64,000 nucleotides of DNA from an uncultured Verrucomicrobiae bacterium (GTDB lineage: Bacteria; Verrucomicrobiota; Verrucomicrobiia; Chthoniobacterales; UBA10450), in contig CAWIBO010000002.1 in the NCBI GenBank assembly GCA_963834385.1, positions 448,001 through 512,000 of the forward strand, written 5' to 3'. This document shows positions 8,388 through 18,239 of the stretch, piece after piece. Below the pieces are notes generated by a model. It made no database searches, was not told where the DNA came from, and worked only from the letters and a program-made list of their open reading frames with translations. Numbering within the stretch: the first letter of the stretch is position 1; each line of letters opens with the position of its first letter. The translations under genes were made by a program, and so were the position numbers.

Positions 8388-10893
8388 CGAGCGGCGGAAC
8401 ATTTCCGACCCCGCGGCTGGCCAGGAGCCCGACGCCAACCGTCAGGAGGGTGGCGACCGCGCCGCCCACACCCAGCACCAACGCCGAGGGGGCGTAGGTG
8501 AGTTCAAAGACAAAGAAGGCCAGTCCCCAGCTCGCCACCGCGGCGAGGCCGACCCCGGCCAGCCCGGCGAACAGCCCAAGGAAGAGATACTCGGCCGCGA
8601 GAATGAGCCAGATCTGCCGGCGCGTTGCTCCCAGCGTGCGCAGGAGCACACTCTCCTCGACCCGTTGGTAGCGCCCGCTCCAAAGGACACTGGCCGCCAC
8701 CGCCAGGCCGGCGATCACCGTGAAGAGCGAGACCACGCGCACGGCCATGGCAACTTTGCTGAGGATGGAATCGACCGTCCGGATGACCGCGGCCAGGTCG
8801 ATGGCCGAGACATTGGGGAAGCGGGCCACGACCGCGCCCTGCAGACGCGCCGAGGCCGCAGCATCCGGGACCCGGCTGACGAGGACATGGAAACCGGGCG
8901 CACTTTCCAGGACACCAGCCGGGAAGACGACGAAGAAATTTGTCTGGAAACGGCGCCAATCGATCTCGCGCAGGCTGGCAATCCGCGTCCGGACCGGCAC
9001 ACCCTGGACATCGAAGACCAATTCGTCGCCCACGGCGGCGTTCCAGTCCCGCGCCAGCTCACGGTCGAGCGAGATGGGCACGACGTCGCCGGCCTGGTAG
9101 GTGACGCGGCCGATCCAGGCGCCCGCCGTGATCTTCTCGGTTCCCGTGAGGTGATCGCGAAAGGTCGACCGGTACTCGCGCTCCAACTGCCATTCGGGGA
9201 TCTTGCGCGCCGGGTCAGCCAGGATCTCGCTGACCGGCCTCCCCTTGATCGAACTGAGGCGCATGGTCACGATCGGCGCTTCCTGCAGGACGGGGAACTC
9301 GAGTTCGCGCACCAGCGTTCCCACCGGCTCTTTTTGGTCCGGCTGGATATCGAAGAGAAAAATGTTCGGCTGGCCGCGGTCGTCGATCGACTGGAATTGC
9401 GCGAGGAGCACATCCCGGGTGAGCTGAAGACTGACCAGGAGGAAGGTGGCCAGGCCGAGGGAAACGGTCAGGAGCAGCGTCCGGTTGTGCGGCCGGTAAA
9501 GATTGGATAGTCCCTGCCGCAACACATAGGGAGCTCGTGGAGAGATGAGGCGCCGCGCGAAACCGATGAGCAGCCGTGCCCAGCCCGAGAGCAATCCGAG
9601 GACCAGCGCCAGGGCGCCGGCATAGATCAGCCCCTGCCAGACGGTTTGGGCCTGTGAGATGGAAAAAAGAGTTACGGCTCCGGCCAGGCAGAGCCACGCC
9701 GCCCAGATCGCCGGGTCCCGGGCCGCTCCCCCATCCCCTGCGCGCCGCAGTGCCTGCAAAGGCGCCACCCGGCGAAAGCGAAGCAGCGGCGGCAGGGAAA
9801 AGAGGAGGCAGAAGGCGAAGCCGATGAAGGCACCGCGCGCCACCGGCCAGAGCATCACGCGGGAGGAGATCTCGACCGGCAGGAAAGAACGCGCGGCCAC
9901 CGGCAACACCTGCTGCGCCGCCAGTCCCAGGAGACCTCCCACGAGCGCCCCGGCCACGCCGATGCCGGCCGCCTGCAAAAGATAGACCGCGAGGGTGGTC
10001 AGGCGCGTGGCCCCAAGGCAGCGGAGAATGGCACTCGTCCGGGTTTTCTGCCGCAGATGCATGCTGATGCCGCTGGCGACCCCGAGCGCACCCAGCAGGA
10101 GCGAGACAAAACCGATCAGGCTGAGAAAGCGATAGACATTCTCCAGGGCGCGCCCGATGGCGCGCTGCCGTTCGGCCACGGTGTCCACCTCGAAGCCCTG
10201 CGCCTGCAGCCGCAATTCCAGTTCGGCGGCGCGGGCCTCCGCATTGACGCCCCCGGCAAAACCGATGTAGGCCAGATACCGCACCAGGCTGCCGGGCTGG
10301 ACGAGCCGGGTGGCGGCCACATCGGAAGCAGCAAGAAAAACGCGGGGAGCAAAGCCCGCCCCGGCGGAGGCGTCGCCGGGTATGCGCAGCAGGGCCCCGG
10401 CGACCTCAAATTCCGCTTCGCCCAGGCGCACCCGGTCGCCGATCTTTGTTCCAAACTGAAAGAGAAGACTCTGGTCAACGAGGATGCGGCCGCCCCCTCG
10501 CAGGAGGGAAAGACTTCCCGGCGGACGAGTTTCCATCTCCCCGTAGAAAGGAAAATCGCCTTCAAGCCCGCGCACCTGCACCAGCCGTGTGCCCGCCCCG
10601 CGCGGAAAGACGAGCATGCTGGTGAAGCGTGTCTCCCGGGCCTGGCGGGGCCCAAACTCGGCGAACTGCGTTTCCTCCGACGGCGTAAACGGGCGGTTCG
10701 TTTCCACCACCAGATCGGCGCCAAGAAGGGTCCGGGCCTGCCCGTTGATCGCCTCCGCAAGGCTGGCCCGGAACGAGTCGAGCGTGACAAGGGCAGCAAC
10801 CCCGACGGAAATGCAGAGCGCAAAGAGAAGCAGCCGGCGTCGGCTGGCGCGGCTGTCCCGCCACGCCATTTGCAGAATGAAAAGGCCGGACAC
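8362..10893 (-). CDS. ABC transporter permease, YbbP/FtsX-like
   Basis: AWRDSR, LLGADL, PNIFLFDIQPDQ, NFFVVF, LRTLGA; two FtsX halves. Confidence 0.9.
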   Translation of the reverse strand: MSGLFILQMAWRDSRASRRRLLLFALCISVGVAALVTLDSFRASLAEAINGQARTLLGADLVVETNRPFTPSEETQFAEFGPRQARETRFTSMLVFPRGAGTRLVQVRGLEGDFPFYGEMETRPPGSLSLLRGGGRILVDQSLLFQFGTKIGDRVRLGEAEFEVAGALLRIPGDASAGAGFAPRVFLAASDVAATRLVQPGSLVRYLAYIGFAGGVNAEARAAELELRLQAQGFEVDTVAERQRAIGRALENVYRFLSLIGFVSLLLGALGVASGISMHLRQKTRTSAILRCLGATRLTTLAVYLLQAAGIGVAGALVGGLLGLAAQQVLPVAARSFLPVEISSRVMLWPVARGAFIGFAFCLLFSLPPLLRFRRVAPLQALRRAGDGGAARDPAIWAAWLCLAGAVTLFSISQAQTVWQGLIYAGALALVLGLLSGWARLLIGFARRLISPRAPYVLRQGLSNLYRPHNRTLLLTVSLGLATFLLVSLQLTRDVLLAQFQSIDDRGQPNIFLFDIQPDQKEPVGTLVRELEFPVLQEAPIVTMRLSSIKGRPVSEILADPARKIPEWQLEREYRSTFRDHLTGTEKITAGAWIGRVTYQAGDVVPISLDRELARDWNAAVGDELVFDVQGVPVRTRIASLREIDWRRFQTNFFVVFPAGVLESAPGFHVLVSRVPDAAASARLQGAVVARFPNVSAIDLAAVIRTVDSILSKVAMAVRVVSLFTVIAGLAVAASVLWSGRYQRVEESVLLRTLGATRRQIWLILAAEYLFLGLFAGLAGVGLAAVASWGLAFFVFELTYAPSALVLGVGGAVATLLTVGVGLLASRGVGNVPPLVILRAESA

Positions 10894-10897
10894 GTTG

Positions 10898-11569
10898 CTA
10901 GATCATGGCTCCACCGCGCAAGCGGATGGTGCGCCCGGTGAGCCCCGCCACCTCGGGATCGTGGGTCACGAGGACAAGCGCGGTTCCGGCGTGCTCGTTC
11001 AACTCAAGCATCACCTTGATGACGCCTGCGCTCGTTTCTGCGTCCAGGTTGCCGGTCGGTTCATCCGCGAAGAGAATCCTGGGCTGATTGATGAAGGCCC
11101 GGGCGAGGGCCACGCGCTGTTGCTCACCGCCCGAAAGCTGCGCCGGGTAATGCCCCGTGCGCGCGCCCAGGCCGACCCGGCCGAGCAATTCCTCCGCGCG
11201 CTTTCGAGCCGTGCGGTCACCGCGCAACTCCAGCGGCACGGCCACGTTCTCCAGCGCGGTCAAAGTCGGGATCAGTTGGAAACTTTGAAAGACGAACCCG
11301 ACGAGCCGATTCCGCAGGCGGGCACGCTCGTCTTCATTCGCGCGCCCGAGATCGATGCCGTCGAGCAGAATGGTCCCGTCGCTCGGGTCATCGAGTCCGG
11401 CGCACAAACCGAGGAGAGTGCTCTTTCCGCTCCCGGAGGGACCAAGGATGGCGCAGGTGGAGCCGGCCGCGAGGGCGAAGGTGATGTCGCGCAGCACCGT
11501 CAGCTCGCCCGCCGCCGTGCGGTAGGTTTTGCGGACGCGGTCGAGGGTGAGAATCGGGGGCTGGCTCAT
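10898..11569 (-). CDS. ABC transporter ATP-binding protein, YbbA/LolD-like
   Basis: GPSGSGKST, LSGGEQQRVALARA, ADEPTGNLD. Confidence 0.93.
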   Translation of the reverse strand: MSQPPILTLDRVRKTYRTAAGELTVLRDITFALAAGSTCAILGPSGSGKSTLLGLCAGLDDPSDGTILLDGIDLGRANEDERARLRNRLVGFVFQSFQLIPTLTALENVAVPLELRGDRTARKRAEELLGRVGLGARTGHYPAQLSGGEQQRVALARAFINQPRILFADEPTGNLDAETSAGVIKVMLELNEHAGTALVLVTHDPEVAGLTGRTIRLRGGAMI

Positions 11570-11619
11570 TGACGATGCGAAGCGATGCGGTTTGCTTACG
11601 CGAAGTTGATTCGTCGCGC

Positions 11620-12255
11620 ATGAGAAAAAGGTTTCCTGTATTCTGTTTCGTCCTGGTCTCCCTGGTTGCCCTGGCCTCCGCCGCGCCGGAGGACCGCCCG
11701 CGCCGCCTGGTCATCCTGGGCGACAGCATCACCTCCGGCCACGGGCTGAATAAAAACGAGGCTTACCCGGCGGTGCTGGCGGAGAAAGTACGCGCGGCCA
11801 ACCTCCCCTACGAGGTGGTCAACGCCGGGGTGGGCGGCGATACCAGTGCCGGCGGCCTGCGCCGAATCGACTGGCTTTTGCAGGAGCCGATTGACGTCCT
11901 CGTGATCGAACTGGGAGGCAACGATGGTCTGCGCGGCCTGCCGCTGGACGCTCTGAAAAAGAATCTCCAGGGCATCATCGACAAGACCAGATCCCGATAT
12001 CCCGGGGCGAAGATTGTCCTCGCCGGCATGCGCATCCCCCCGAATCTTGGCCGCGAGTACGCCGAAGGTTTTCAGCAGATTTATCCGGAACTGGCGCGGG
12101 AAAATGACGCCCTGCTCATTCCTTTTCTCCTCGAGGGCGTCGGCGGAGTCCGCGCGCTCAACCAGTCCGACCTGATTCATCCGACTGCGGACGGCCATAA
12201 ATTGATCGCCGATGTGGTCTGGGCCGCGCTCGCGCCGCTCCTGCGCGCCGGATGA
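11620..12255 (+). CDS. tesA: SGNH arylesterase / acyl-CoA thioesterase I (TesA-like) with signal peptide
   Basis: GDSIT, NAGVGGDTS, ELGGNDGLRG, DLIHP; divergent from ybbA-ybbP as in the known tesA locus. Confidence 0.85.
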   Translation: MRKRFPVFCFVLVSLVALASAAPEDRPRRLVILGDSITSGHGLNKNEAYPAVLAEKVRAANLPYEVVNAGVGGDTSAGGLRRIDWLLQEPIDVLVIELGGNDGLRGLPLDALKKNLQGIIDKTRSRYPGAKIVLAGMRIPPNLGREYAEGFQQIYPELARENDALLIPFLLEGVGGVRALNQSDLIHPTADGHKLIADVVWAALAPLLRAG

Positions 12256-13058
12256 CCCGCCCCCTTTTTCCCGGTTGCTCGGCCCTCATCACCGGGGCTT
12301 CCGCCGGTCTTGGCCGCGAATTTGCCCGCCAGCTTGCCCCGGAAGCGGCGCAGCTTCTCCTGGTCGCCCGCCGCTCCGAACGCCTCGAGGAGTTGCGCGC
12401 GCAACTGGCCTCGCAGCATCCCGCACTCAAGGTCCACTGCCTGAGCATCGACCTTGCCCGGGACGGCGCCATTCTGGAACTCGCCGCTGAACTCGAGCGC
12501 CGGGAATTCCAGCCCGATCTCCTGATCAACAACGCCGGGCTGGGCGACATCGGCCCGCTGCACAACAGTGACGCCGGGCGCATTCGCGACATCGTCATGG
12601 TCAACATGGTGGCGCTGACCCTCCTGACCCGCGCCGTTCTGCCCGGGATGGTCGAGCGGCGGGCTGGAACCATCATCAACGTCAGTTCCTGCGCCGCCTA
12701 TCTTCCGATCGCCGGGTTCGCCGTCTACGCGGCGACAAAGGCTTACGTGAGCAGTTTCTCCGAGGGAATCCGGGCGGAACTGCGAGGAACCGGGGTGCGG
12801 ATCACCGCCCTTTGCCCGGGGCCGGTGCACACGGAGTTCACCTCCGTGGCCAAACGCCGGGACGTGCCGGCACGTCTCGGACCGGAACTCGCCTATGTCT
12901 CGGCGGAAAACGTCGTGCGCGACGCCCTGCAGGCGGCCGCCGCCGACCGGCCGGTCGTCATTCCCGGATTCCTGATGCAAATCGCCATGTCCGCGGTTCG
13001 GCTTTTGCCCATGCCGGCGGTCCGCGTCGTGGCGCGACTCTACGCGAAGTCGTCCTGA
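12252..13058 (+). CDS. Short-chain dehydrogenase/reductase
   Basis: TGASAGLG, NNAG, YAATK. Confidence 0.92.
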   Translation: MTRPLFPGCSALITGASAGLGREFARQLAPEAAQLLLVARRSERLEELRAQLASQHPALKVHCLSIDLARDGAILELAAELERREFQPDLLINNAGLGDIGPLHNSDAGRIRDIVMVNMVALTLLTRAVLPGMVERRAGTIINVSSCAAYLPIAGFAVYAATKAYVSSFSEGIRAELRGTGVRITALCPGPVHTEFTSVAKRRDVPARLGPELAYVSAENVVRDALQAAAADRPVVIPGFLMQIAMSAVRLLPMPAVRVVARLYAKSS

Positions 13059-13065
13059 CGATTCG

Positions 13066-13656
13066 CTATTTCTTGTATTTCACCGAGCAGCCGTAGGGCG
13101 CGGCCGTGGGAGTGCTGACGGGCTGGCCAGCCATGGCCTCATCCAGCGCCGCCCGGACATAATTCTTCGAGGAAGCGATGTCGCCCTGGTCGGTGGAACG
13201 CTTGTCATCAATGCCGCCTTCGAAAATGATCTTCCCCTCGGGATTGATCACGAACATGTGCGGCGTGGTCTTGGCGTCATAGAGCCGGCCCACCTTGCCT
13301 TCGGGATCGAGCAGCAGCGCCGTCGCGTTAATCTTCCATTCCTCCATTTGCGCCTTGCCCTCGTCGGCCGAGAGATGGCCCTCGAGCCCGGGAGCGGAGG
13401 AATCAATCAGGAGCCAGACAACGTCCTTGCCGGCGAACTCCTTCTGGAGCTTTTGCATGTCTCCCTGGCCATAATGCTTTTTCACAAAAGGACACTCCGG
13501 GTTGAACCATTCCAGGACCACGTACTTGCCCTTGAAGTCGGAAAGATTGTGCGTTTTCCCCGCGGTGTCCGGAAGCGAGAACGCCGGAGCGGTTTTGTCG
13601 GCGGCCAGGGCGGCCGAGACGGCAAGGAGTGAAAGAAGTGCAATGATGTTTTTCAT
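13066..13656 (-). CDS. Secreted thioredoxin-fold (AhpC/TSA/redoxin) protein
   Basis: Signal peptide, VVLEWFNPECPFV, TTPHMF, PYGCSVKY. Confidence 0.88.
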   Translation of the reverse strand: MKNIIALLSLLAVSAALAADKTAPAFSLPDTAGKTHNLSDFKGKYVVLEWFNPECPFVKKHYGQGDMQKLQKEFAGKDVVWLLIDSSAPGLEGHLSADEGKAQMEEWKINATALLLDPEGKVGRLYDAKTTPHMFVINPEGKIIFEGGIDDKRSTDQGDIASSKNYVRAALDEAMAGQPVSTPTAAPYGCSVKYKK

Positions 13657-13658
13657 GG

Positions 13659-15815
13659 TTACTCGGAGGCTACGCGCGGGGCGATGTTTTGGATCTGGTT
13701 CAGGACGATTTTTTTCGTCAAAAGCTCGGGGAAAATGAAGGGCTGCTCCGGCTGGCCGGGCGGATACAAAACGTAAAGCGGGACACCCGGCCGGCCAAAC
13801 TGTTTCAGAACCCGCGTGATCTCCGGATCGGCGTTGGTCCAGTCCGCCTTCATCTTGATGATCCCGCTGCGGGTGAAGGCGTCCCTGACCTCCGTGCTCT
13901 CAAGCACGGTGGCTTCATTGAATTTGCAGGTCACGCACCAGGCCGCCGTGAAATCGAGGAAGACCGCGTTCCCCTTTTCCAGTTCGGAGGCCAGACGCGC
14001 CGGGGAAAAGGCGACCCAGCCATCCCCCGGCGTCCCCTCCTGCATCGCCACCGGGGCGTTGAACTTTGTCCCGATGAAGAAAAATCCGCCGGCAGCGAGC
14101 AGGACCAGCATCAGCAGGGTCACGAAAATTCGGGTCGTGCGGGAAACGGTCGCGGTGAGGAACGCGCCCTTCATCCAGCAGACGAGACCCAGCACGAGCA
14201 GGAAAGCGCCGCTCCAGACGATGGCGCCGGCACCCCGTTGCGCGCCGAGCACGGAGAGGAGAAAAAGAAGCGTGGCCAGGAGAATAAAACCCATCAGCTC
14301 TTTCACCCGCACCATCCAGGGCCCGGGTTTCGGCAGGAAACGCAGCCAGGCGGGCTGGGCCGTGAGCAGCAGGTAAGGCGCGCTCATCCCCGCCGCGATG
14401 GCGGCAAACATGGCCAGGATGACGAAGCTCGATTGGGTGAAGGCGAAGCCGAGCGCGGTTCCAAGGAAGGGAGCCGTGCAGGGCGTGGCCAGCACGGTGG
14501 CGAAGACACCCTGGAAAAAGGAGCCGGCCTCGCCCTCCCGGTTGGTCCAGCCGAGCAGGCCGCGGCTGGCCGACTCCGGCAGGGTGATCTCAAAAACGCC
14601 AAGAAGGTTGAGCGCAAAGACGAGCACGATCGCGCCCAAGCCCAGGACAAAATAGGGATTGGTGAACTGGAACGCGCCCCAGGTGAGATCACGCCCGGCT
14701 GCCTTCATCGCCACCAGGAGCAGGGCCAAACCCAAAAACCAGGCAAAAACCCCCGCGGAGAAAGCCAGTCCGCTCCGGAGAATGCGAGCGCGGCTCTGCC
14801 CGGCCTGTTGAATAAAGCCGAAGATCTTCAGCGAAATCACGGGCAGCACGCAGGGCATCAGGTTGAGAATCATTCCGCCGAGGAAACCCAGGACGAGAAA
14901 CCGCAAAAGCTGCCGCGAGCTCAGCGGAACCGCCGCCGTCACCGCGGAATCCGAACCTGCCGGCGCCGCACTCGGCGCGGACGCACCTGTCTCCAGCCGC
15001 CAGGCATTCCGTTGTTCGTGGTCACTCGCGCCAAAGACCACCAGCCCAGCCATCTGGTTGAGGTCATTTCCCTCCAGCGGAATGCGAAAGACGATTTCAC
15101 CCGCTTCGCCGGTCTGGCGTTCGGGATGTCCCACGACACTTGCGCCCGGCGGATTCGGATAAAAATCCACATAGGGATGAGCTTTCAGCGCCTCGCTTTG
15201 GAGGCGGAGTTCCAGTTCCGTCTTGGTCACGCGCCGCCAGTTTGCCCGCACGGTTTCCTCGCCCGGCCAGGCTTGCGGAAGCTCGCGCTGCTGGCGCTCG
15301 AACAACTCTTTCCGGGCAGGCGCGCCCTCGCCATTGGGCAGAACAAGGGACAGGCTGGCGTCTCCCGGAATGCAGATCCGCTCGCAAACGAGCCATTTCG
15401 GTTCCGCCTGCAGCGTGACCGATTCGCCCTGCAGGTCGGCCGGGGGCGTGACCTGCTGGGTGAGAAGCACCTCGTCGTGGTATCCGTAAATCCGGATGTC
15501 ACCCGGCTCGACCAGGCGCTGCGGTATGGGCCATTGCACCGGCCCGGCCTCCCACCCTGGCGGCAGCTTTAGGTTGATCTCGGTGGGCAGACCGGAGTCG
15601 CCGGGGTACTGCCAGTAGGTGTGCCACCCCTTTTCCATTCGCAAGAGCAGCCCGACGGTAAACGGTTTGCCCGGGGTTACCGCGGTGGTGTCGGCCACCA
15701 GTTCCGCCTGGACCAGTTGCCGGCCCTGGTAAGTCTGCGCCAAACTCCCGGGGACGCTTCCGATGCCCAGGCAGAATGCCAGGAGGAGAAGCGAAAAGCG
15801 TCGGGAAAGTTTCAT
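13659..15815 (-). CDS. dsbD: Thiol:disulfide interchange protein DsbD
   Basis: GWHTYW, CERICIP, LNLMPCVLP, ATPCTAPF, FTAAWCVTC; start placed at the MKLSRR signal peptide. Confidence 0.9.
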   Translation of the reverse strand: MKLSRRFSLLLLAFCLGIGSVPGSLAQTYQGRQLVQAELVADTTAVTPGKPFTVGLLLRMEKGWHTYWQYPGDSGLPTEINLKLPPGWEAGPVQWPIPQRLVEPGDIRIYGYHDEVLLTQQVTPPADLQGESVTLQAEPKWLVCERICIPGDASLSLVLPNGEGAPARKELFERQQRELPQAWPGEETVRANWRRVTKTELELRLQSEALKAHPYVDFYPNPPGASVVGHPERQTGEAGEIVFRIPLEGNDLNQMAGLVVFGASDHEQRNAWRLETGASAPSAAPAGSDSAVTAAVPLSSRQLLRFLVLGFLGGMILNLMPCVLPVISLKIFGFIQQAGQSRARILRSGLAFSAGVFAWFLGLALLLVAMKAAGRDLTWGAFQFTNPYFVLGLGAIVLVFALNLLGVFEITLPESASRGLLGWTNREGEAGSFFQGVFATVLATPCTAPFLGTALGFAFTQSSFVILAMFAAIAAGMSAPYLLLTAQPAWLRFLPKPGPWMVRVKELMGFILLATLLFLLSVLGAQRGAGAIVWSGAFLLVLGLVCWMKGAFLTATVSRTTRIFVTLLMLVLLAAGGFFFIGTKFNAPVAMQEGTPGDGWVAFSPARLASELEKGNAVFLDFTAAWCVTCKFNEATVLESTEVRDAFTRSGIIKMKADWTNADPEITRVLKQFGRPGVPLYVLYPPGQPEQPFIFPELLTKKIVLNQIQNIAPRVASE

Positions 15816-15896
15816 ACAAGGCAATACCACCAGCAGGGGTGAGAGCAATTTGACCCCGCCGGGGTCGCCTCCGTTCAACCAGGAGGGCGGGCCGAA

Positions 15897-17532
15897 TTAT
15901 TCGACGCCGTAGACTTCGATCAGGGCAATGCCAGTGGCGTTGTTCTTGCCCCGCACGATCGCAGTATGGTTTCCCGGGACGAGAAACCCTCCCAGCGCGG
16001 CCTCGCCGGTGCCGGTCGGCGCGAAGCCATACTGCTGGGTCAGGATATCATTAAGATAATCATCGTTGCTGCGCACCAGATCGCCGTTGCCATTGCGCAA
16101 CTCGAGCACCGGATCAGCCAAAGCCCCGGCGACGCCGGTTGACCGGCCGAGGGCGCGAATGATCACCCCCTTGGGCTGCGGGCCGAAATTGATCAGTCCG
16201 CCGATCAGGACATCGTCGCCCGTGCCGACAAAGCCGCGGGTGGAAATGTTGGCGAGCTTGGGGCTGGCGGGGTCGCCCGCATCCAGATCGTAAACTTCAA
16301 CGAGCGCAATGCCGGTCGTTTCGTTGCTGCCACGAACGATGGCGGTGTAGGCGCTGTCGTTGGCCGGGACCGTCACGATCATGGCGGACTCCTGATCATG
16401 GGACGGGGCAAACCCGGCATTCGTGATCTCGGTCTCCTGAGTATCCCGCCAGTTGTCGTTGCTCCGGATCAGTCCGCCGGCACCGTTGCGCAGTTCCAGC
16501 ACGGGATTCTCCAGGACGCCATTGAGGCCGGTGGACGGTCCGAGGACCCGGATAAGAACCCGCTTGGTCCCGCCGCCCTGGACAATGAATCCGCCGATCA
16601 TGACGCTTTCGCCCGTGCCGACACGACCGCGGGTGGAGATGTTGGCGAGGCGCCCGGCGCCGGTGTAACGACCGTCGCCCGCGGCCTGGGGAGCGCCAGC
16701 GCGCGCGCCGTACAACGCCTTGGCCCCGGCCACGTCATCCAGCATCAGAGTGAAAGTGCCGTCGACAAAGGCGTTCATGACCGCTTCCACGTTCTGGCCA
16801 TCCTGGTCCGGGTGATCGAGCCCAAGAAGATGTCCGACTTCATGCAGGGCCACGCGGTGAAGGTCGGTCCTGGTCGGGTCACCGCTGTTGCCGGTGGCGG
16901 ATTGCCAGCGCACGGCGGAATTGAAAATGATGTCCGACTCGATGATCCGGTTGTTGCTGTCGTTGTTCACCAGGGCGACGGCGAGGGTGGAAGAGCCGAA
17001 ATGCTGCTGGTAGACCTGGCTGTTGAACTGGACCGAAGTGACGCCGTCCAGATCGCCCGCCGGCGTCGTGATCGGGGCGAAATTCCAGTTCACCTGGAAA
17101 TTGGCCATGTGCTCGTTCCAGATGGCGAAGGTGTTGGCGACCGAGTCGTTCCAGGAACGGCTGCCATCAAGCAGGACGCTTTGGAGCACGACGGATCCGT
17201 TGTTGATCGCAACCGAGCCGGGAAAGTTCAGCGTCGCCTCGTTGGTCCCCGTGACCGAAACGATCTTGGAGGTCGAGAACATGCCGGGGCCCAGCGACCG
17301 TTTTGCCCACGTCACCCTGCGTGAACGAATTGCTTGGGGCATTCAGCTTCTTCGTGCCGGCCGCGAGGGTTACGCCGGTGACTGTCTTGTTGTACGGTCC
17401 CATTTGGATGCGGACGGTGAGCGTGCCGGGACTCCATGAACCCGGGGCCGGGAAGATGAACGAATAGCTGCGGCCTTCCGGGAGCCCGCAAAAAAGGAGA
17501 AGCGCGGCCAGGGCCGCAACGCGCCGGGGCAC
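15897..17532 (-). CDS. Secreted matrixin (M10) zinc metalloprotease with two C-terminal 'RLANISTR' domains; probable frameshift error near 17290
   Basis: Signal peptide in ORF 17167..17532 joins ORF 15897..17342; HEVGHLLGLDH zinc motif and AVM Met-turn. Confidence 0.8.
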
Positions 17533-17535
17533 GAT

Positions 17536-18145
17536 TTATTCCAGGTTCTTCTGGCGATCGGCCGCGGTGGCAAGAGTGCTCTTGATCGTATCTCTTGAAC
17601 TCCTGCAGCGAAACCGCGGGACGCCCCGTGACCGAGGCGCGACCGGCGCCATGGCCTGTCGGATCCTGCTGTCCCAAGGCGGTGACGTCGGTGAGCGGCG
17701 CGCCGCTGTTCAGGGCGACCACCTCGCGGCCGGTCACCTTGTCGAGCTCCACGCGAAAACGGCCGTGCATGATTCCGACCAGGGGAATGAACTGCGAGCC
17801 GTTGTTCTCCACGAAAACAACGTCGCGATCACCCACCTTGAACTTCGGCCCGTCGGTCACTTCCAGCGTCTGGCCGTCAACCGTGCCGCCCAGCATCCGC
17901 ATGGTGTAGCTGGAACCGGCTTCGCCCTTGAGCGTGTCCTTCACTTTGAAGGTGACAAAGCTGACGATGCGGCGCTGGGCGCCTTCGCCGGCCCACTCCG
18001 ATTTCACTTCGGACACGGTGCCTTCGAAGATCAGCTGGGCGTTATCAACCAATTCTTCGAATTTGGGCGGGATGACCGTGGTGGCCTGAAGCGCGGTCGC
18101 GCCGAGAAGGGAGCAGATGAGGACGAGCGGGCGAATATTTTTCAT
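17536..18145 (-). CDS. Secreted beta-rich protein resembling TIMP/NTR-like OB folds; probable +1 error near 17592, true stop TAA at 17536-17538
   Basis: Signal peptide, then TTVIPPKFEELVDNAQLIFEGTV...VKDTLKG...GGTV...PKFKVGDRDVVF. Removing one base gives ...FKDTIKSTLATAADRQKNLE* ending 3 nt before the next gene. Confidence 0.65.
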
Positions 18146-18239
18146 GGGGAACAGTGGGGAAACAGTAGACGATTCGTTTTGGAACTCAATCAGATAAGTT
18201 TACGATTTTTAGGTAAATAAGCCGCCCGTTTCGCCCCTT

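Noticed and set aside
13689..15572. Long antisense ORFs (also 31841..33496, 61369..63126, 57931..59481, 22445..23914)
   Set aside because: Typical high-GC shadow ORFs opposite well-supported genes, with no motifs.
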